The position numbers and the translations under genes are program-made. A DNA stretch of 64,000 nucleotides from the human T2T-CHM13v2.0 reference genome, Homo sapiens, in assembly GCF_009914755.1 (NCBI RefSeq), contig NC_060925.1; one strand, given 5' to 3'. Position 1 is the first letter of the stretch, and each line of letters opens with the position of its first letter. The notes under the pieces were generated by a model. That model worked only from the letters and a program-made list of their open reading frames with translations. It searched no databases and was not told the origin of the DNA. Positions 41,806 to 55,669 of the stretch are shown here, piece after piece.

Positions 41806-43305
41806 CAATTGTTTACAGTGGACTATTTTCAGTTCATTGCAAGTATAAAGAAATACAATTTATGTTTGTATATTAATTTGTATCCCACAACCTTGCTGAA
41901 CTTGCTGATTAGTTCTAGTGGTTTTTTAGTGCATTCCTTAGGATTTTCTATGTACAAGATCATGTCATCTGCAAATGGCAATTGTTTTACTTCTTTCTTT
42001 CCAATCTGAATGCATTTTCTTTCTTTTTCTATTGTACTGGCACTGCCAGTACAATATTGAATAGAAGAGGTGCAAGCAGGTATCTTTGTTTTATCCCTGA
42101 TCTTAGAGAGAAAACACGTAGTCTGTCACTGTAAGTATGTTAGTAGGTGTGAGTTTTTTGTAGTTCCTCTTTATCAGGGTGAGAAAATTATCTTCTATAC
42201 GTACATTGTTGAATGTTCCTATTATAAAGGAATGTTGAATTTTGTCAAGTCCTTTTTCTGTATCTATAGAGATGATCATGTGGTTTTATGTTTTATTCTA
42301 TTGAGATGATGTATTATATTAATTGATTTTCAAATATTAAACTAACCATGCATTCCTGGGATAAATCATACTTGATCATGTTGTATAATTATTTTTGCAT
42401 ATTGCTAGATTAGGTATGCTTGTATTTTGTTGAGAATATTTTACATCCATATTCATAAACATTGGTCCATAGTTTTCCTCTGATGTCTTTGTCTGATTTT
42501 GGTGTCAAGGTAATATTGACCTTACTGAATGACTTGAACGTATTTTTTTTTTTGAAAAGTTGTGAAGAATTGATATTAAGTCTCTGAGCATGTAGTAGAC
42601 TTCAAGAGTTAAGCAATCTGTACCTGGACTTTTTTTGTGGGTAACTATGATTACTAATTAATCTTTTCACTTGTTGTAGTCTCTTCAGATTGTCTATTTC
42701 CTCTAAAGTCAGATTCAATAGTCTATGTTTTCTAGGAATTTGTCAATTTCACCTATGTCATCTAATTTATTGGGATAACATTTTTCAGAGTATTTTATAA
42801 TCCTTTTTATTTCTGTAATGTTGGCAATAAAGTTATCACATTTATTGCTGATTCTAGTAATTTTAACCTTCACTCACGTTTTCTTGGTCAGTCTAGCTCA
42901 AGGTTTTTATATTTTGTTGATCTTTTCAAAGAACCAACTTTTTGTTTTATTTACTTTATTGTTTTTCCATTATCTATTTCATTAATGCTCACTCTTATCC
43001 TTATAATTTTCTTTCTTTTGCGTGCTTTGGGTTTAGTGTGCCGTTTTTTCCCCCTGTGTCTTAAGGTGGGAGGATAGGTTATTGATTTGAGATCTTTCTT
43101 CTTTCTTGATATGGGCATTTCTAAATATAAGTTTCCCTCTAGGCATGACTTTAGCTGCATCCCATAAATTTTGATATGTTGTGTCTTCATTTTATAAACA
43201 CTTTATCTCCAAGTGTTTTCCAATTTTGCTTTTGATTTCTTCTTTGACCCATTTATTAATTTCTACATTTTAAATTCTTTTCCCAGATTGCTGTTATTGA
43301 TTTCT

Positions 43306-43626
<321 letters not shown>

Positions 43627-44395
43627 GCTGTTGTTGATTTCTAATTTCATTCCACTGTAGTCAAAGAATATATTTTCTGTTATATCTATCCCTTTAAATT
43701 TATTGAGGTTTTTATGGTCTAGTATATGGTCTATCATGGAAAATATTCCATGCGTACTGAAGAGAGTGTATATTCTGCTCTCTTTGGAAGTGTTCTATCA
43801 GTGTCTGTTAGATGTAGTTCGTTTACAGTGTTGTTTGAGTTTTCTATTTTCTTGTTGATCTCTGTCTAGTTTTTCTGTTCATTATTTAAAGTGGAGTATT
43901 GAAATTTTCAACCATTGTTGAAATATCTATTTCTCCCTTTATTTCTGCAATTTTTACTTCACGTATTTTGGTGCTCTGTTACTAGGTGCATATATGTTTA
44001 TAATTATTTTGTATTTCCGATGGATCCAATCTTTTATCACTGAAAAAGGTCCCTTTTTTTCTCTAATAATATTTTTTAACATCTGTCTTGTCTGATATTA
44101 GTATAGTCACTTCAGCTTTATTATGGTTGATGGTTGCATAACGTCCTTTTTCATCCTTTTGCTTTCAACCTATTTGTGTATTTGATTCTAAACTGTTTCC
44201 TGTGAACAATAGATAGTTAAAACATTTTTTTAAATCCAGTCTGACAGTCTCTTCCCTTTGAATGGATTGTTTTATCTATTTACATTGATATGATTGGATT
44301 TACATCTGCCATTTTACTTTTTTTATGTGTTTTTTTTTGCACTAAATGAATATTTTTTAATGTAGCATTTAAATTTCTTTAATGATTTGTTTTAC

Positions 44396-44621
44396 CCTGA
44401 AACCTCCGCCTCCCAGGTTCAAGCGATTCTCGTGCCTCAGCCTCCAGAGTAGCTGGGATTACAGGCGCACAACACCATGCCAAGCTAATTTTTGTGTTTT
44501 TAGTGGAGATGGGGTTTTACCATGTTGGCCAGGCTGGTCTCCAACTCCTGACCTTAAGTGATCCTCCCACCTTGGTCTCCCAAAGTGCTGGGATTACAGG
44601 CATGAGCCACCACACCCAGCC
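44396..44621 (-). mobile_element. 3'-truncated, tail-less Alu (AluS)
   Basis: Intact 5' end, stops mid right arm; tgttttac on both sides. Confidence 0.9.
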
Positions 44622-45109
44622 TGTTTTACTTGTTAAAAGTTATTTCTTAGTGGTTGCTCTAGGACTTAACATATACTATCTTATCAGAATCAGCTTCAGG
44701 TTCATACTAACAATTTCAGTGAGATACAGATGTTACTCCTATCTAGCTCTATTCCCCTTTCTCCCTTTTTGTGGCATTATTTTTATACATATTACATCTA
44801 TAAATGTTTAAACTCAACAATACATTGTAATAATTATTACTTTATATAACTTTATCTTCTAAAGAAGATAAGGAAGGAAAACTATTGAATATTTATAGCT
44901 TTTGTTATATTAACCTTCTTATTTATCATTTCTGGTTCTCTTAATTTGTTCTTCTGGATGGAAGTTATCATCTGAAGTAATTTACTTAGCTCAGTGAGCT
45001 TAATGGAAACCTTCAGGAAAGTTGTAGAACATAAAATGTATAATATATGAGCACTTAGAAAATAAACTGACATTTGTGGAACATTATAGATTGTACTAGG
45101 GGCTTTATA

Positions 45110-46292
45110 CAGTCATGCTGCATAACAACATTTTGGTCAAGGACAGACCATATACACAATGATGATCCCATAAGGTTATAATGAAGCTGAAAAATTTCCT
45201 TCACCTAGTGACATTGTAGCTGTTGTAACGTCACAGTTCAATGCCTTACTTACATGTTTGTAGTGATGCTGGTGTAAACAGATCAGATCTACTGTGTTTC
45301 CAGTCATATCAAAGTATAGCACATACAATTATGTATAGTACATAGTACTTGATAATGATAATGACTATGTTACTGCTTTATGTATTTTCTATACTATTCT
45401 TTTTAATCATTATTTTAGAGTATATTCCTTCTACTTGTATATAAAAAAGTTAACTGTAAAGCAGCATCAGGGTGGTCCTTCCAGAAGAAGGCCTTGTTAT
45501 CATAGGAGGTGACAGCTCTGTGCATTTTATTCCCCCCTGAAGACCTTACAGTGGGACAAAATGTGGAGGGGGAAGACAGAGATTCTGATGATCCTGACCT
45601 TGTGTAGGCCTAGGCTAACATGTGTGTTTGTGTCTTCATTTTTAACAAAAAAGTTCAAAAAGTTAAAAAAAATAAAATTTTTTAAGTAAAAAGCTTATAG
45701 AATAAAGATATAAAGAAAGATAATATTTATGTATAGTTGTACAATGTTTGTGTTTTAAAATTAATGTTATTACAAGAGTCAAAAAGTTTAAAAAATTAAA
45801 AATTTATAAAGTAAAAAGTTATAGTAGGCTACAGTTAATTATTGAAGAAATAGATTTTAAAAATAAATGTAGTGCAGACTAAGTATACAGTGTTTATAAA
45901 TTCAGCAGTAGTGTCCAGTGATGTCCTAGGCCTTCACATCCACTCACAGACTCACCCAGAGCAACTTTGAGTCCCGCAAGATCCATTCATGGTAAATGCC
46001 CTACACAGTTATATCATCTTTTATCTTTTTTACTGTATTTTTACTGTACCTTTTCTGTTTAGATACACAAATACTTACCATTGTGTTATAACTGCTTACA
46101 GTATTCAGTACAGTAATATTCTGTGTAGGTTTATGGCCTAGGAGCAAAAGGCTACACCATATAAGCTAGGTGTGTAGTAGGCTACACCATCTAGGTTTAT
46201 GTAAGTACACTCTGTGATGTTCACACAATGACAAAATCACCTTATGATGCATTTCTTAGAATTTATCCCTATTGTTAAGTGATGCATGACTG
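45110..46292. mobile_element. Tigger3-family (Tigger3b-like) TcMar DNA transposon
   Basis: TIRs cagtcatgc...gcatgactg flanked by TA on both sides; about 1.2 kb. Confidence 0.88.
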
Positions 46293-46991
46293 TATATGTT
46301 TAGCATGTAATCCTAAAAGTACTTCTAAATGGCTAACTTTAACTTCTGCTAGTTAGCCATTTAAGATATGAGGAAACTAAAGCTTTAAGACTTGATGCAG
46401 CTCTTTTCTGATCATCTGTACTATTACACTTTACCAAATATGTTTTAATCTCTCTCACTTCTCTGAACCAGCATGTGCTGATTCTTCCTCCTGGAACTTG
46501 CTTTGCTGCTGCAGTCAAACTCTATTGTCCTTCAGAATGGAGCTCAACTGTCACTCCCTGGAGAAGCATTCCTTGATCTTTCAGTCCATGTGGAAAATTG
46601 TTAATTGTCTATAATATTTAGGTCAAAAGAAATATGGAAAGTAAAACTGCATTCAGAGTAGCTGCTCGACAAATATTTGTGGAACCAATGGCACATATCG
46701 TATATTTAAAGTGTTGGCTCAACTGTGTAGTTGTTAAGACTCTCTGGGTTGGAAGTGATTGAAATGCAACTCAAAATTGCTTAAGCAAAAAAGGAGAGAT
46801 TATTGGATCTTAAGCTCAAAAGGTCAGGGGTGGCTGGCTTCATATGGCCACATTTTGGTTCTCAAATGATGTATAGTTAGTTAAACCTACCTGGAGGCAG
46901 ATTTCAGCTCAATGTAATGATGAATTATTTTTAACCATTAGAGAGTCTTACCAATGAGAAGTATGTGGTTATAATAGCAAGAGTTTTATTT

Positions 46992-47940
46992 TTGTTTTAG
47001 TTTGAAGTACCCCCGAAGCTAACCCTGAGCTGAGGATTTGGGAGCCAATACAGTAGTCTCTTCCATCCAAGGGTTCACTTTCCACAGCTTCAGTTACCAG
47101 GATAACTGTGGTCCATAAATATTGAGGAGAAAATTTCAGAAATAAACAATCCCAAATTTTAAATCTCATACTGTCTTGTAATGTGAGTAAGCCCTCAGTC
47201 CAGCATATCCACACTGTATACACTACCTCCCCTTAGTCACTTAGGAATCAGCTTGGTTATCAGATAGACTTTCTCAGTATCACAGTGTTTCTATTCAAGT
47301 CACCCTTTTTTACTTACTAATGTCCCCAAAGCACAAGAGTTGTGATGATGGCATATTGTTATAATTGTCTTATTAGAAGTAATTGTTGTTAATCTCTTAT
47401 TGTGCCTAATTATAGATATGTCTGTATAGGAAAAAATACAGTATATATAGGGTTTGGTACTATTTGCAGTTTCAGGCATCCACTGGGGGTCTCATAACAT
47501 ATCTCCATAAGGGAGGACTACTGTAGTTTAGGAGGTAAAGAGGGATCATGGGGAGAAGCATGAAGAAGAGTGACAGAGAAGCAACACAGCCAAGAAAGGG
47601 CACTTTACAAGCCAGCCATCAGTGTGGATGACTGGTGCTTAGTCCCAGTGGAGAACCTCTGGGAACAGTGTAAGCCATACAGCTCAAGGCCATCCCACTC
47701 AAGGGTCGAGGGAGCAGGGTCTTTACATACTAGCCCTGATAGTTAGTTGCCAAGGGCTGCTCCCAGGGAGCATTTGTTCCCTGGCATTTCAGGCCTACCT
47801 TCTTGGTGGGAAGGCAGGCTGCGGCAGGAGGAGAAAAGCAAGGAAATGCAGATGGTGGTGGTTGGGAGTTGGGTTGGAGTGCACTGAAATGGTAGGGGTG
47901 AGGAGATCTGCTTGAGGGGAGGCTCTGACAGCACCTACTG
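46992..47940 (-). mobile_element. LTR16-like ERVL LTR interrupted by MER44
   Basis: accctgagctgaggatttg...cttagtcccagtggagaacctctgggaacagtgt...agggctgctcccaggg. Confidence 0.65.
47051..47523. mobile_element. MER44-type TcMar-Tigger element
   Basis: TIRs cagtagtc...gactactg with TA TSD; gggtttggtactatttgcagtttcaggcatccactggggg. Confidence 0.88.
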
Positions 47941-48140
47941 TACATTTGTTGAGCACTTTATGATGTGCCAGGTGCTTGGCACACATTATCCTGTTTGTTT
48001 CTCAGTGCAACCCAATCAAGTAAATATTATTTTACTCATCTTATACATGTAGAAACCAAGGCCCCCAGAAGATAGGTAACTTATGGTACAGCTAAAATGA
48101 GGCAAGGTTCAAGGTCAAACCCAAGTTTGCCTCATTCTAT
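47940..48140 (-). mobile_element. MIR SINE
   Basis: catttgttgagcactttatgatgtgccagg...agaaaccaaggccc. Confidence 0.65.
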
Positions 48141-48166
48141 ATTACATGATTATTCTATAATGTCAT

Positions 48167-48828
48167 TGTTGTAGTCAGGGTTCTCCAGAGAGACACACTG
48201 ATGGTATATATACAGAGATAATATGAAAAGGAATCTGTTAGGGGAATTGACTCATCTGATTACAGAAGCTGAGAAATCCCATGATAGACTGTCTGCGAAC
48301 TGGAAAACCAGAAGAGCTGGTACAGGGGTTCAGTCCAGACTGAAGACCTCAACCAGGGAAGTTGAGGGTGTAACTCTTAATGAGAGGTTGAAGAGCCTGG
48401 GGTGGGGGGGTGGGAGGGTGTGGTGGGGTGGTGTGAATCCTTGAGTCCAAAGGCCAGACAACCTGAAGTTGTGATGCCCAAGGGCAGGAAAAAAAAGGGC
48501 ATCCTTTCTCTGAGAGAGAGAGAATTCACCCTTCTTCTGCTTTCTTGTTCTGTCTGGGCCCCCATATGATTGGATGGTGCCTGTCCACATTGAGGTTGGC
48601 TCTTTCCCATTCAGTCCACTGACTCACAAGCCGATCTCTGGAAACACCCTCGGAGACACACCTGGAGCTGTCCAATCATTCTAGTCAAAAGCAAAACCAC
48701 CTGGGCTTCCCTTTCAGCAGAAGAGGGAAGGGCTCATTGCCTACTGAAACACTGAGAATAATGAACACCTCACCAGGTATCTGTGTATCCCCTAATCCAT
48801 TCAGGTTGACACCACAAATCAACCATCA
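48167..48828 (-). mobile_element. MLT2-type ERVL LTR
   Basis: tagtcagggttctccagagagac...gattggatggtgcctgtccacattgagg...caggttgacaccacaaatcaaccatca. Confidence 0.85.
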
Positions 48829-49089
48829 GTGCCACCGTTGCTGCCTCTTAAGCTGCTAATACTAAGCTGAGAGTACATAACAAACCAGCAGGAGTGTTCT
48901 AGAGGGTTTGGGGTTTGGGGATATGAATTCAACCCCCCCACCCACCAACCACCAACATTAAGCAGCCACAAAGGAGTGGCATGAAGGCAGAATGTGGGCA
49001 GAAACTGGGGAGACAAACTTCGTCCTTTGCTGAAGTGCCAGAGAGGGTGGCAGAAAGAAGTGTGACCTTGTTTGTGAGCTGATTATAGG

Positions 49090-49691
49090 TGTCAGATCCT
49101 GGGGTCTGGGTCCAGCCCATGCTGAAGTTCGAGGGAGTGGGTGGATGGGCAGAAAGAACACTTGAGGGGCCGTAGGCAGATGAAATGTAGTTTTATTCAG
49201 CAACTTTCTCATCAACAGTTTTCTCACTAGCAGCTTACTTTGACATTGTTTGCCCTGTCTCGGCTGCTTGAGCCGGCCGCCCCCACACACAGCTGCGTGG
49301 CTGGCTCACCCCTGCCTTCAGGATCACCAGCTTAACTCTTTCTCTCTCTGGGCATGAGCAAGCTGAGCTGTGTCCTGGCTCCTTCCTGTCCTTCTGCAAG
49401 GCGGAAAGCTTTGGCTCTCTCTCTTTCTCTGGGCGTCAGTGCACCCGTCATGTTAAGCCATGTTGAGCAGAGCCAAGCCCCAAAAGCCCCATGCACAGTG
49501 TCAGCAGGACAGTTATACCTTTTACAGACAATAGTGATGTAGGGCCAAGGGATGGCCTTCCCATGTTATGGCTACATGGCTGTGGTAACAAGTGGAGTTA
49601 TATGCCTGCACTCTAAACTCGGTAAGTCATACAGGATATCAACATCCTACCGTGGCCTATCCTTGACCAAAGCACCGCCATGCTCCTTATA
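49090..49691 (-). mobile_element. LTR18-like solo LTR (ERVL)
   Basis: Minus strand TATAAGGAGCATGGCGGTGCTTTGGTCAAGGATAGGCC...GATCTGACA with AATAAA near 49195; TSD atagg/aaagg. Confidence 0.8.
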
Positions 49692-50049
49692 AAAGGTATA
49701 TCTGTCTGCTTTAGGGCTGTTGGATGCCAGGTCCCAGAGGAACTTTTTTCTGAGACTGTGCTTATGGAGCCCAAGAAGGACAAGGAGGAAAGTCTGGGCT
49801 TTAGCAAGACAGGAGTGAAGGAGCAATCCCCATGGAGAAGGGCTAGGTCCCGGAGGCGGCTTAGAGAATGGGGTGGAACATCATGCCTGCCTAGCTTATG
49901 AAGGCCCCAAATGAGAAGGGATAGCTATTGTCAAGGGACTAAGTTTCTAGGTTTCCCTGGACACACATTCTTGACAACAGTTTGTTGGGCATAAAGAAGA
50001 CCAGCTTCAGACAGACCTACGCTTCCATCTGAGCTTGGTTGTTTACAGC

Positions 50050-50455
50050 TGCACTAGGTTGAAAGCATCTGCCTTGGAACCTGCGGATGTGACCTTATTT
50101 GGAAATAGGGTCCCTACAGGTGCATCAAATTAAGATGAGGTCACACAGGACTAGGGTGTGCCCTGATCCAATGACCGGTGTCCTTAGAAATGAGGGAAAT
50201 TTGGACACAGAGATGGTGCTGGGGTTGGGGGGTGACCATGTGAAGACAGAGGCAGAGGTTGGAGTTATGCCACTATAACCAAGATATACCCAGGATTGCT
50301 GGCAACTGTGGACAGTTAGAAGGGACAAGGAAGGATTCTTCCCTGGATGTTTCTGAGAGGTTGGCCCTGCTGACACCTTGATTTTAAACTTGTAGCCTCC
50401 AGAACTGTGAGAATAAATTTGAATTGTTTTCAGTAGCCCAGTTTGTGGTATACTG
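50050..50455 (+). mobile_element. MLT1B/C-type MaLR LTR (inside a MIR)
   Basis: atgtgaccttatttggaaataggg...ccatgtgaagacagaggcagag...gcctccagaactgtgag. Confidence 0.85.
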
Positions 50456-51984
50456 TTTTTCTTTTTTTCTTAATTGAAACAAATATACTATGTGATGAAA
50501 ATTTCTCTGAGCCTCAGTTTCTTCCTTTACAAACTGGAGATAAAAGCGGACACATGTAATAGGGTTCTCTAAGGCCCCTGGTTCAATAAATGTGAGTTCC
50601 CTTCAAGGAGATGCAGAGGGAAGGGGTGCCTCACAGTGAGCCTGCCCATGACCCTGTGCTACTCTCAGGGCTGTGTGAACAGCCAGCAGCTCCTGAGAAA
50701 ATTAGCTGTGGTCTGCTGATGTGAACATTTTTCTCTTTTCACTGCTGTGGCTCCCTTCTGGCTCTTTCTTTCCAGAGAAAGCTGTCTGGGGTCCCAAATT
50801 GCTCCTGGAAGCCAGGCCGGTTTTAGCTGATGCTAAATGGATTGCTGCCCATAGGAGAGCTGCTGTCTGATGTCAGAGACGGCTGGGCACTAATTAAGGG
50901 GTTACTGTGTTTACAGGAAGAGGGGGAAATAAATGTGAAGACTGCAGTGCTTCACTGCTGTTTTAATAGGGCAGAGGCCAACTATGACACCTTTTATCTG
51001 AGAGGGTGGCAGTTCGGGCTGCTCACAGCCACTCAGGTCCCTCAAGTGTCTGCGGCAAGCAAGGCCTGAGGCCCAAGAGGGGTGGTCTCTCTCACTTTCT
51101 CTGTTCCCTCAGCTCCTCATCTTTTCCCCATTTTACTTTGTTATAGGAGGAGGAAACAAGAAGTGAGGGAACGTCTGGCTGGTTAAATAGATACACTTAG
51201 AAAGAAGCCACGTTTCCAGTCTTTAGCCTGGCTGCTCCTGATCCCCTGCAATACTGCTGTTGATATTTGGAACTGATAAATCAGTTTTTCTAAACAGGTC
51301 CTACGAGACTGCTTGGATTTTGGAGGGACAGGAAATTAAAGAGCCTTGGGGGTGAGGCAGGGTGGGCTATCAGCCTGCTCTCCCACACTGTCCCCTTGCC
51401 AGACAGCAGCTATGATAGGAGAAAGCAAATGGAGGGACAGAGGAGAAAGCTTGAGCAGATATTTGGCCAAATATCATCGCCAAAGATCCAGGCCGGCCCC
51501 ATCCAGGACTGACAACTGTGACACAGGAACTGATTGGCCAGAGTTTCTAGTTTAAAGCTGGCTGCAAATCAGAATCTCATTTCTTTCTGCCAGACTCTCA
51601 GCCAGGAGCTTAATTAGCTAGAAGGGTCAAAAGGACTGAACTTCCACACTGTAATCCTGACCTATAGTTCCTAACTCTGGAAGCCTTTTGGGGTACTCCA
51701 GCCCTGGATATCTAACAAAGAGCTTCAGGTTCAAAGGGACATGGGACAAGGAGGACTGGGAGGCATGCTGGGGGTGTGGGAGGTGCCACCCCCAGGGAAA
51801 AGCAGCTGCCAGCAGGACACAGTCCTTGCAAAGGGCTCTGACTAGGAAAGCAACCTGGTGGCTTGTTTACATTCAACTGAAATCAGACTAAAAAATTAAT
51901 TGCAGCAAGGTTCCCAAAAATGTTTCTACTTTTTTCCATGAAGGAGGACTGAAAGCTCAGCAAGAATTAAAATGGTATCTCTTA

Positions 51985-52200
51985 TAGCTACCACTTATTA
52001 AGTGCTCTTCACAGCTGCAAGTCTGCATACACTTTGTATATTCCTTACAAGAATCCTGCAATGTATGTGTGATTATTCCTACTGGATAGATGAGGAAACT
52101 GAGCTCAAAGATGGTAATTAAGGTGGTCAAGAGCACACAATAAGTACGTGGAAGAGCCTGGAATCAAATTTAATCTTTTTCTATGACCCCTATGCTTTCT
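51985..52200 (-). mobile_element. MIR SINE
   Basis: agatgaggaaactgagctcaaag core. Confidence 0.75.
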
Positions 52201-52210
52201 GCTCTCTCAG

Positions 52211-52795
52211 TGTTCTAGTTATCTATTGCTGCATAATAAGCCACCCCCAAAGTCGGTGGAGTCAGTCAGCAACCATTTTATTATGTTCATGCTTCTGTGG
52301 GGAAGGATTTAGGCAGTGCACTCATCTCTGCTTCACAATGACTGGGGCCTTAGCTGGGGTGGCCCCAAGAACTAGGAGAGCTAGCTCAACTAGGGCCGTC
52401 TGTCAAGGGCTTCAGTTATACTTTCTGCTGAGTTCCTCCATTTTTCCTCACATTGCATCTGCTGATGTCCAAAGTGGTACCCTCACATATCAGGTGCTTG
52501 GATTTAAATGGCTGGAACAGCATCTCTTTCTCTGTCTACCAAGCCTCTCCACATGGCTAGCTTGGGCTTCCACATATCAGGAGGGTCTTAGGATAGTCAG
52601 ACTTTTTACATGGTGACTGGCTTTCCCCAGACCAACCAAAAGAGACAGAAATTAGAAGCTTCCAGTTTCTTAACTACTGACACCAGCAACAGGCACAGTA
52701 TCACTTTTGCTGTATCACATTGAACAAATGAGCCACAGAGCCTGTCAGAGTGATAGCTTGTCAGACTCACGGCCACAGAGCCTGTCAGATTCCCT
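52211..52795 (-). mobile_element. MLT1 (G/H-like) MaLR LTR
   Basis: tgttctagttatctattgctgcataataagccacccc...ctctccacatggctagcttgggcttcc. Confidence 0.7.
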
Positions 52796-53309
52796 TAGAT
52801 GCGCTGTGAACATCACCTCTGCTCTTTACCAGGCACCCTGCAATGAAGGAGCTTTTCACTCAAATTACGGTGTTTTGCCGATAATGATAATGATTCAATT
52901 TTGTCTCAATTTTTAGATTTACAAATAGCTTCCAGCTATTTCTCTGATATGAGCTTCACAATAGGTCTTTAAGACAAGCAGAACAGATTGTACTACCCTC
53001 ACTTTAAGGAAACCAAGCTTTCAAACAGCAAAAAGGCCCACCAGGTTATATGGAGGGTAAACTCCCAGCCCACCTGACTCCATGAAGCTCGGCTAGCTGC
53101 GGTTAAGAGCTCTCTCTGCCGTACCCCTGCTCTGTTAATGTGCTCTAATTTGCTGTATATTATTATTCTGCAGCTCTTAAGAAAACTCATTTCCAGAGGG
53201 CTTTCAAATTAATAGCTCTGTTAATAAAACATAGGGCTAGAAATAACTTTATTTCACTGATTTTAATGATGAAGAAAGACGTGTTTTACTTCTACTGAAG
53301 TTAAACATC

Positions 53310-53450
53310 TATTTTTTTAGTTGAAGTAAAATTCACATGACATAAAATTAACCACGTTAAAGTGTGCATTTCCGTGGCATTTAGTACATTCAGAGTGTTG
53401 TGCAACCATCCTCTCCATCTAGTTCCAAAACATTCTCATCATCCCAAAGG
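53310..53450 (-). mobile_element. L1MB 3' end fragment
   Basis: aaattcacatgacataaaattaacc...gcatttagtacattcagagtgttgtgcaaccatc. Confidence 0.8.
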
Positions 53451-53554
53451 CCCAGTGTTTTACAAAACAAAATTTATATAATATTCACCTTCTACTTAGA
53501 ACAAAATGCTTTGTAGATAATTATTAATGTTTGGTTCTATTAAAATAAAATAAG

Positions 53555-53790
53555 CTCAGTCTTTGGACTCAGGCTAACTTAGATTTAAATCACAGCTCTT
53601 CAGTTTTCTAACCATGTGACTTTCAGCAAGGTATTTAGCTAAGCCTGGTTTCTCATTCCTCATACGAAGAAATAATGATGTCTACTTAGATGGGAAATTG
53701 TGGGGACCAGTGAGATAATGGACTTCAAGCACCTCTTACAGTGCCTAGTTCTTAGTGTTTGCTTAAGTGAAGGTAGGTGTTATTCATAGT
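53555..53790 (+). mobile_element. MIR SINE
   Basis: tctttggactcagg...ccatgtgactttcagcaag...acagtgcctag. Confidence 0.65.
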
Positions 53791-53991
53791 ATTAATGACC
53801 AGAAATGTGTTATAGGACCTTTGGAAAACCATCATAGCCCTCTGGGCCTCAGATCCCCAAGTGGAAACTGAAAGTATGGCCCTAAACAACTTCTAAGCTC
53901 TGATATTTAAGATGATGAAATATCTTGCAGGTTTATTCTCCATTCCAATGTTTAAAAAGCCTCCTGCCAATTTCCTGTTTTCCCCACCCCT

Positions 53992-53992
<1 letters not shown>

Positions 53993-54023
<31 letters not shown>
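53993..54023. repeat. (CA)n microsatellite
   Basis: About 15 AC units. Confidence 0.95.
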
Positions 54024-54025
<2 letters not shown>

Positions 54026-55077
54026 ACATACACACAAAAAATCCTATTTCCATCCTCATTCTGATGACTTTATTTTTAACAGCTTTATTGAAGTATACTT
54101 GACAACAAAAAACTGCATGTATTTTACATATTTGACATATGTATAAACCTATAAAAGCATCACCATAATTTTGATAATGAGGATCTTGCTATCCCTGCAG
54201 GTTTCTTGTGACCCCTTTGTAATAGTCTCTCCCATCTCTCCCCACTCCTCAGTTAATAGATTGTTGTGATGTGCTCATATTTGTCATTTTTGTTGTCCAA
54301 CATTTGCAGAGACATGGGTTCCATAGGGCAGGACTATGTATATTTTGCTTATTGTTGTATCCCTAGCAACTGTACAATACAAGAAAACAGAGGTTGCTCA
54401 ACAAATATTTGTTAAATAAATGAATAACCCCTCTGTTCCTTTACTTTTGATGCAGTGATACTTTAGCTTTTTTCTCTGTCTGCTGTGGTGATCAATGCCT
54501 AGACAGGAGGGAGCTCTAGGGGCTGGCATGGTTGGGAAAGTTTCACAAAGGGAGAAAATTGCTTTGAGGCTCTGATGATGAAAAGGGTTTGTTGAGGAAG
54601 GCAAAGCTAATGGCTTAAGCACAGGCCAGGAAGGAATCTGGGAAAGATGCAAAAGTAAGGATTGGATCAGAGGTAATATAGTGACTGACATAGCTGACAA
54701 GTGGCAAGGATTAGACCCCTGGAAGTGAGGGAAACTGAAGCCTTTCTGAAATAGGAAAACAAAAATAAAAACAAAGCAAGAGCTGCTGGTACCTTGGCTG
54801 GGAGTCATAAGATATTAGAATTGGCATGGAGATTCAAGATTAGACAAATACCCTTATAATGCAAATGGAAAAGATGAAGTCCAGAGAAGTGAAATGAATT
54901 TCTCCAGGTCCCATAGTAGACTAGTGGGAGAATCAGGAAGAATCCAGTTTCTTATTGCCCACTGGGCTTCATTCATTCATCTTTTAATGCTTATTTATTT
55001 AATTAATTGATTGAGCTCTGACAATATGCAAGTACTATGCTAGGCACTGGGATTACAGAGATCAAACATCGTTTCTG

Positions 55078-55428
<351 letters not shown>

Positions 55429-55669
55429 TTAATTATACACTGTTTAAAATACAATGCGATTGATAATCATAGGTAGAGCCCAATGTTTTCGTGAGGAACC
55501 ATGGATTCACCAAGAAGGTCTTCTCAGGGAGGGATGTCTGAACTGTGTTGCAGGGTGAATAGGAAGGAACAACAAGTAGTAGAGAGAGAACATTTAGAGC
55601 ATTAGAAAGAGCACATGCCAAGAAACCCAAAATACATTGGAGAACTTCCACTGATTCAAGATGATAGCA

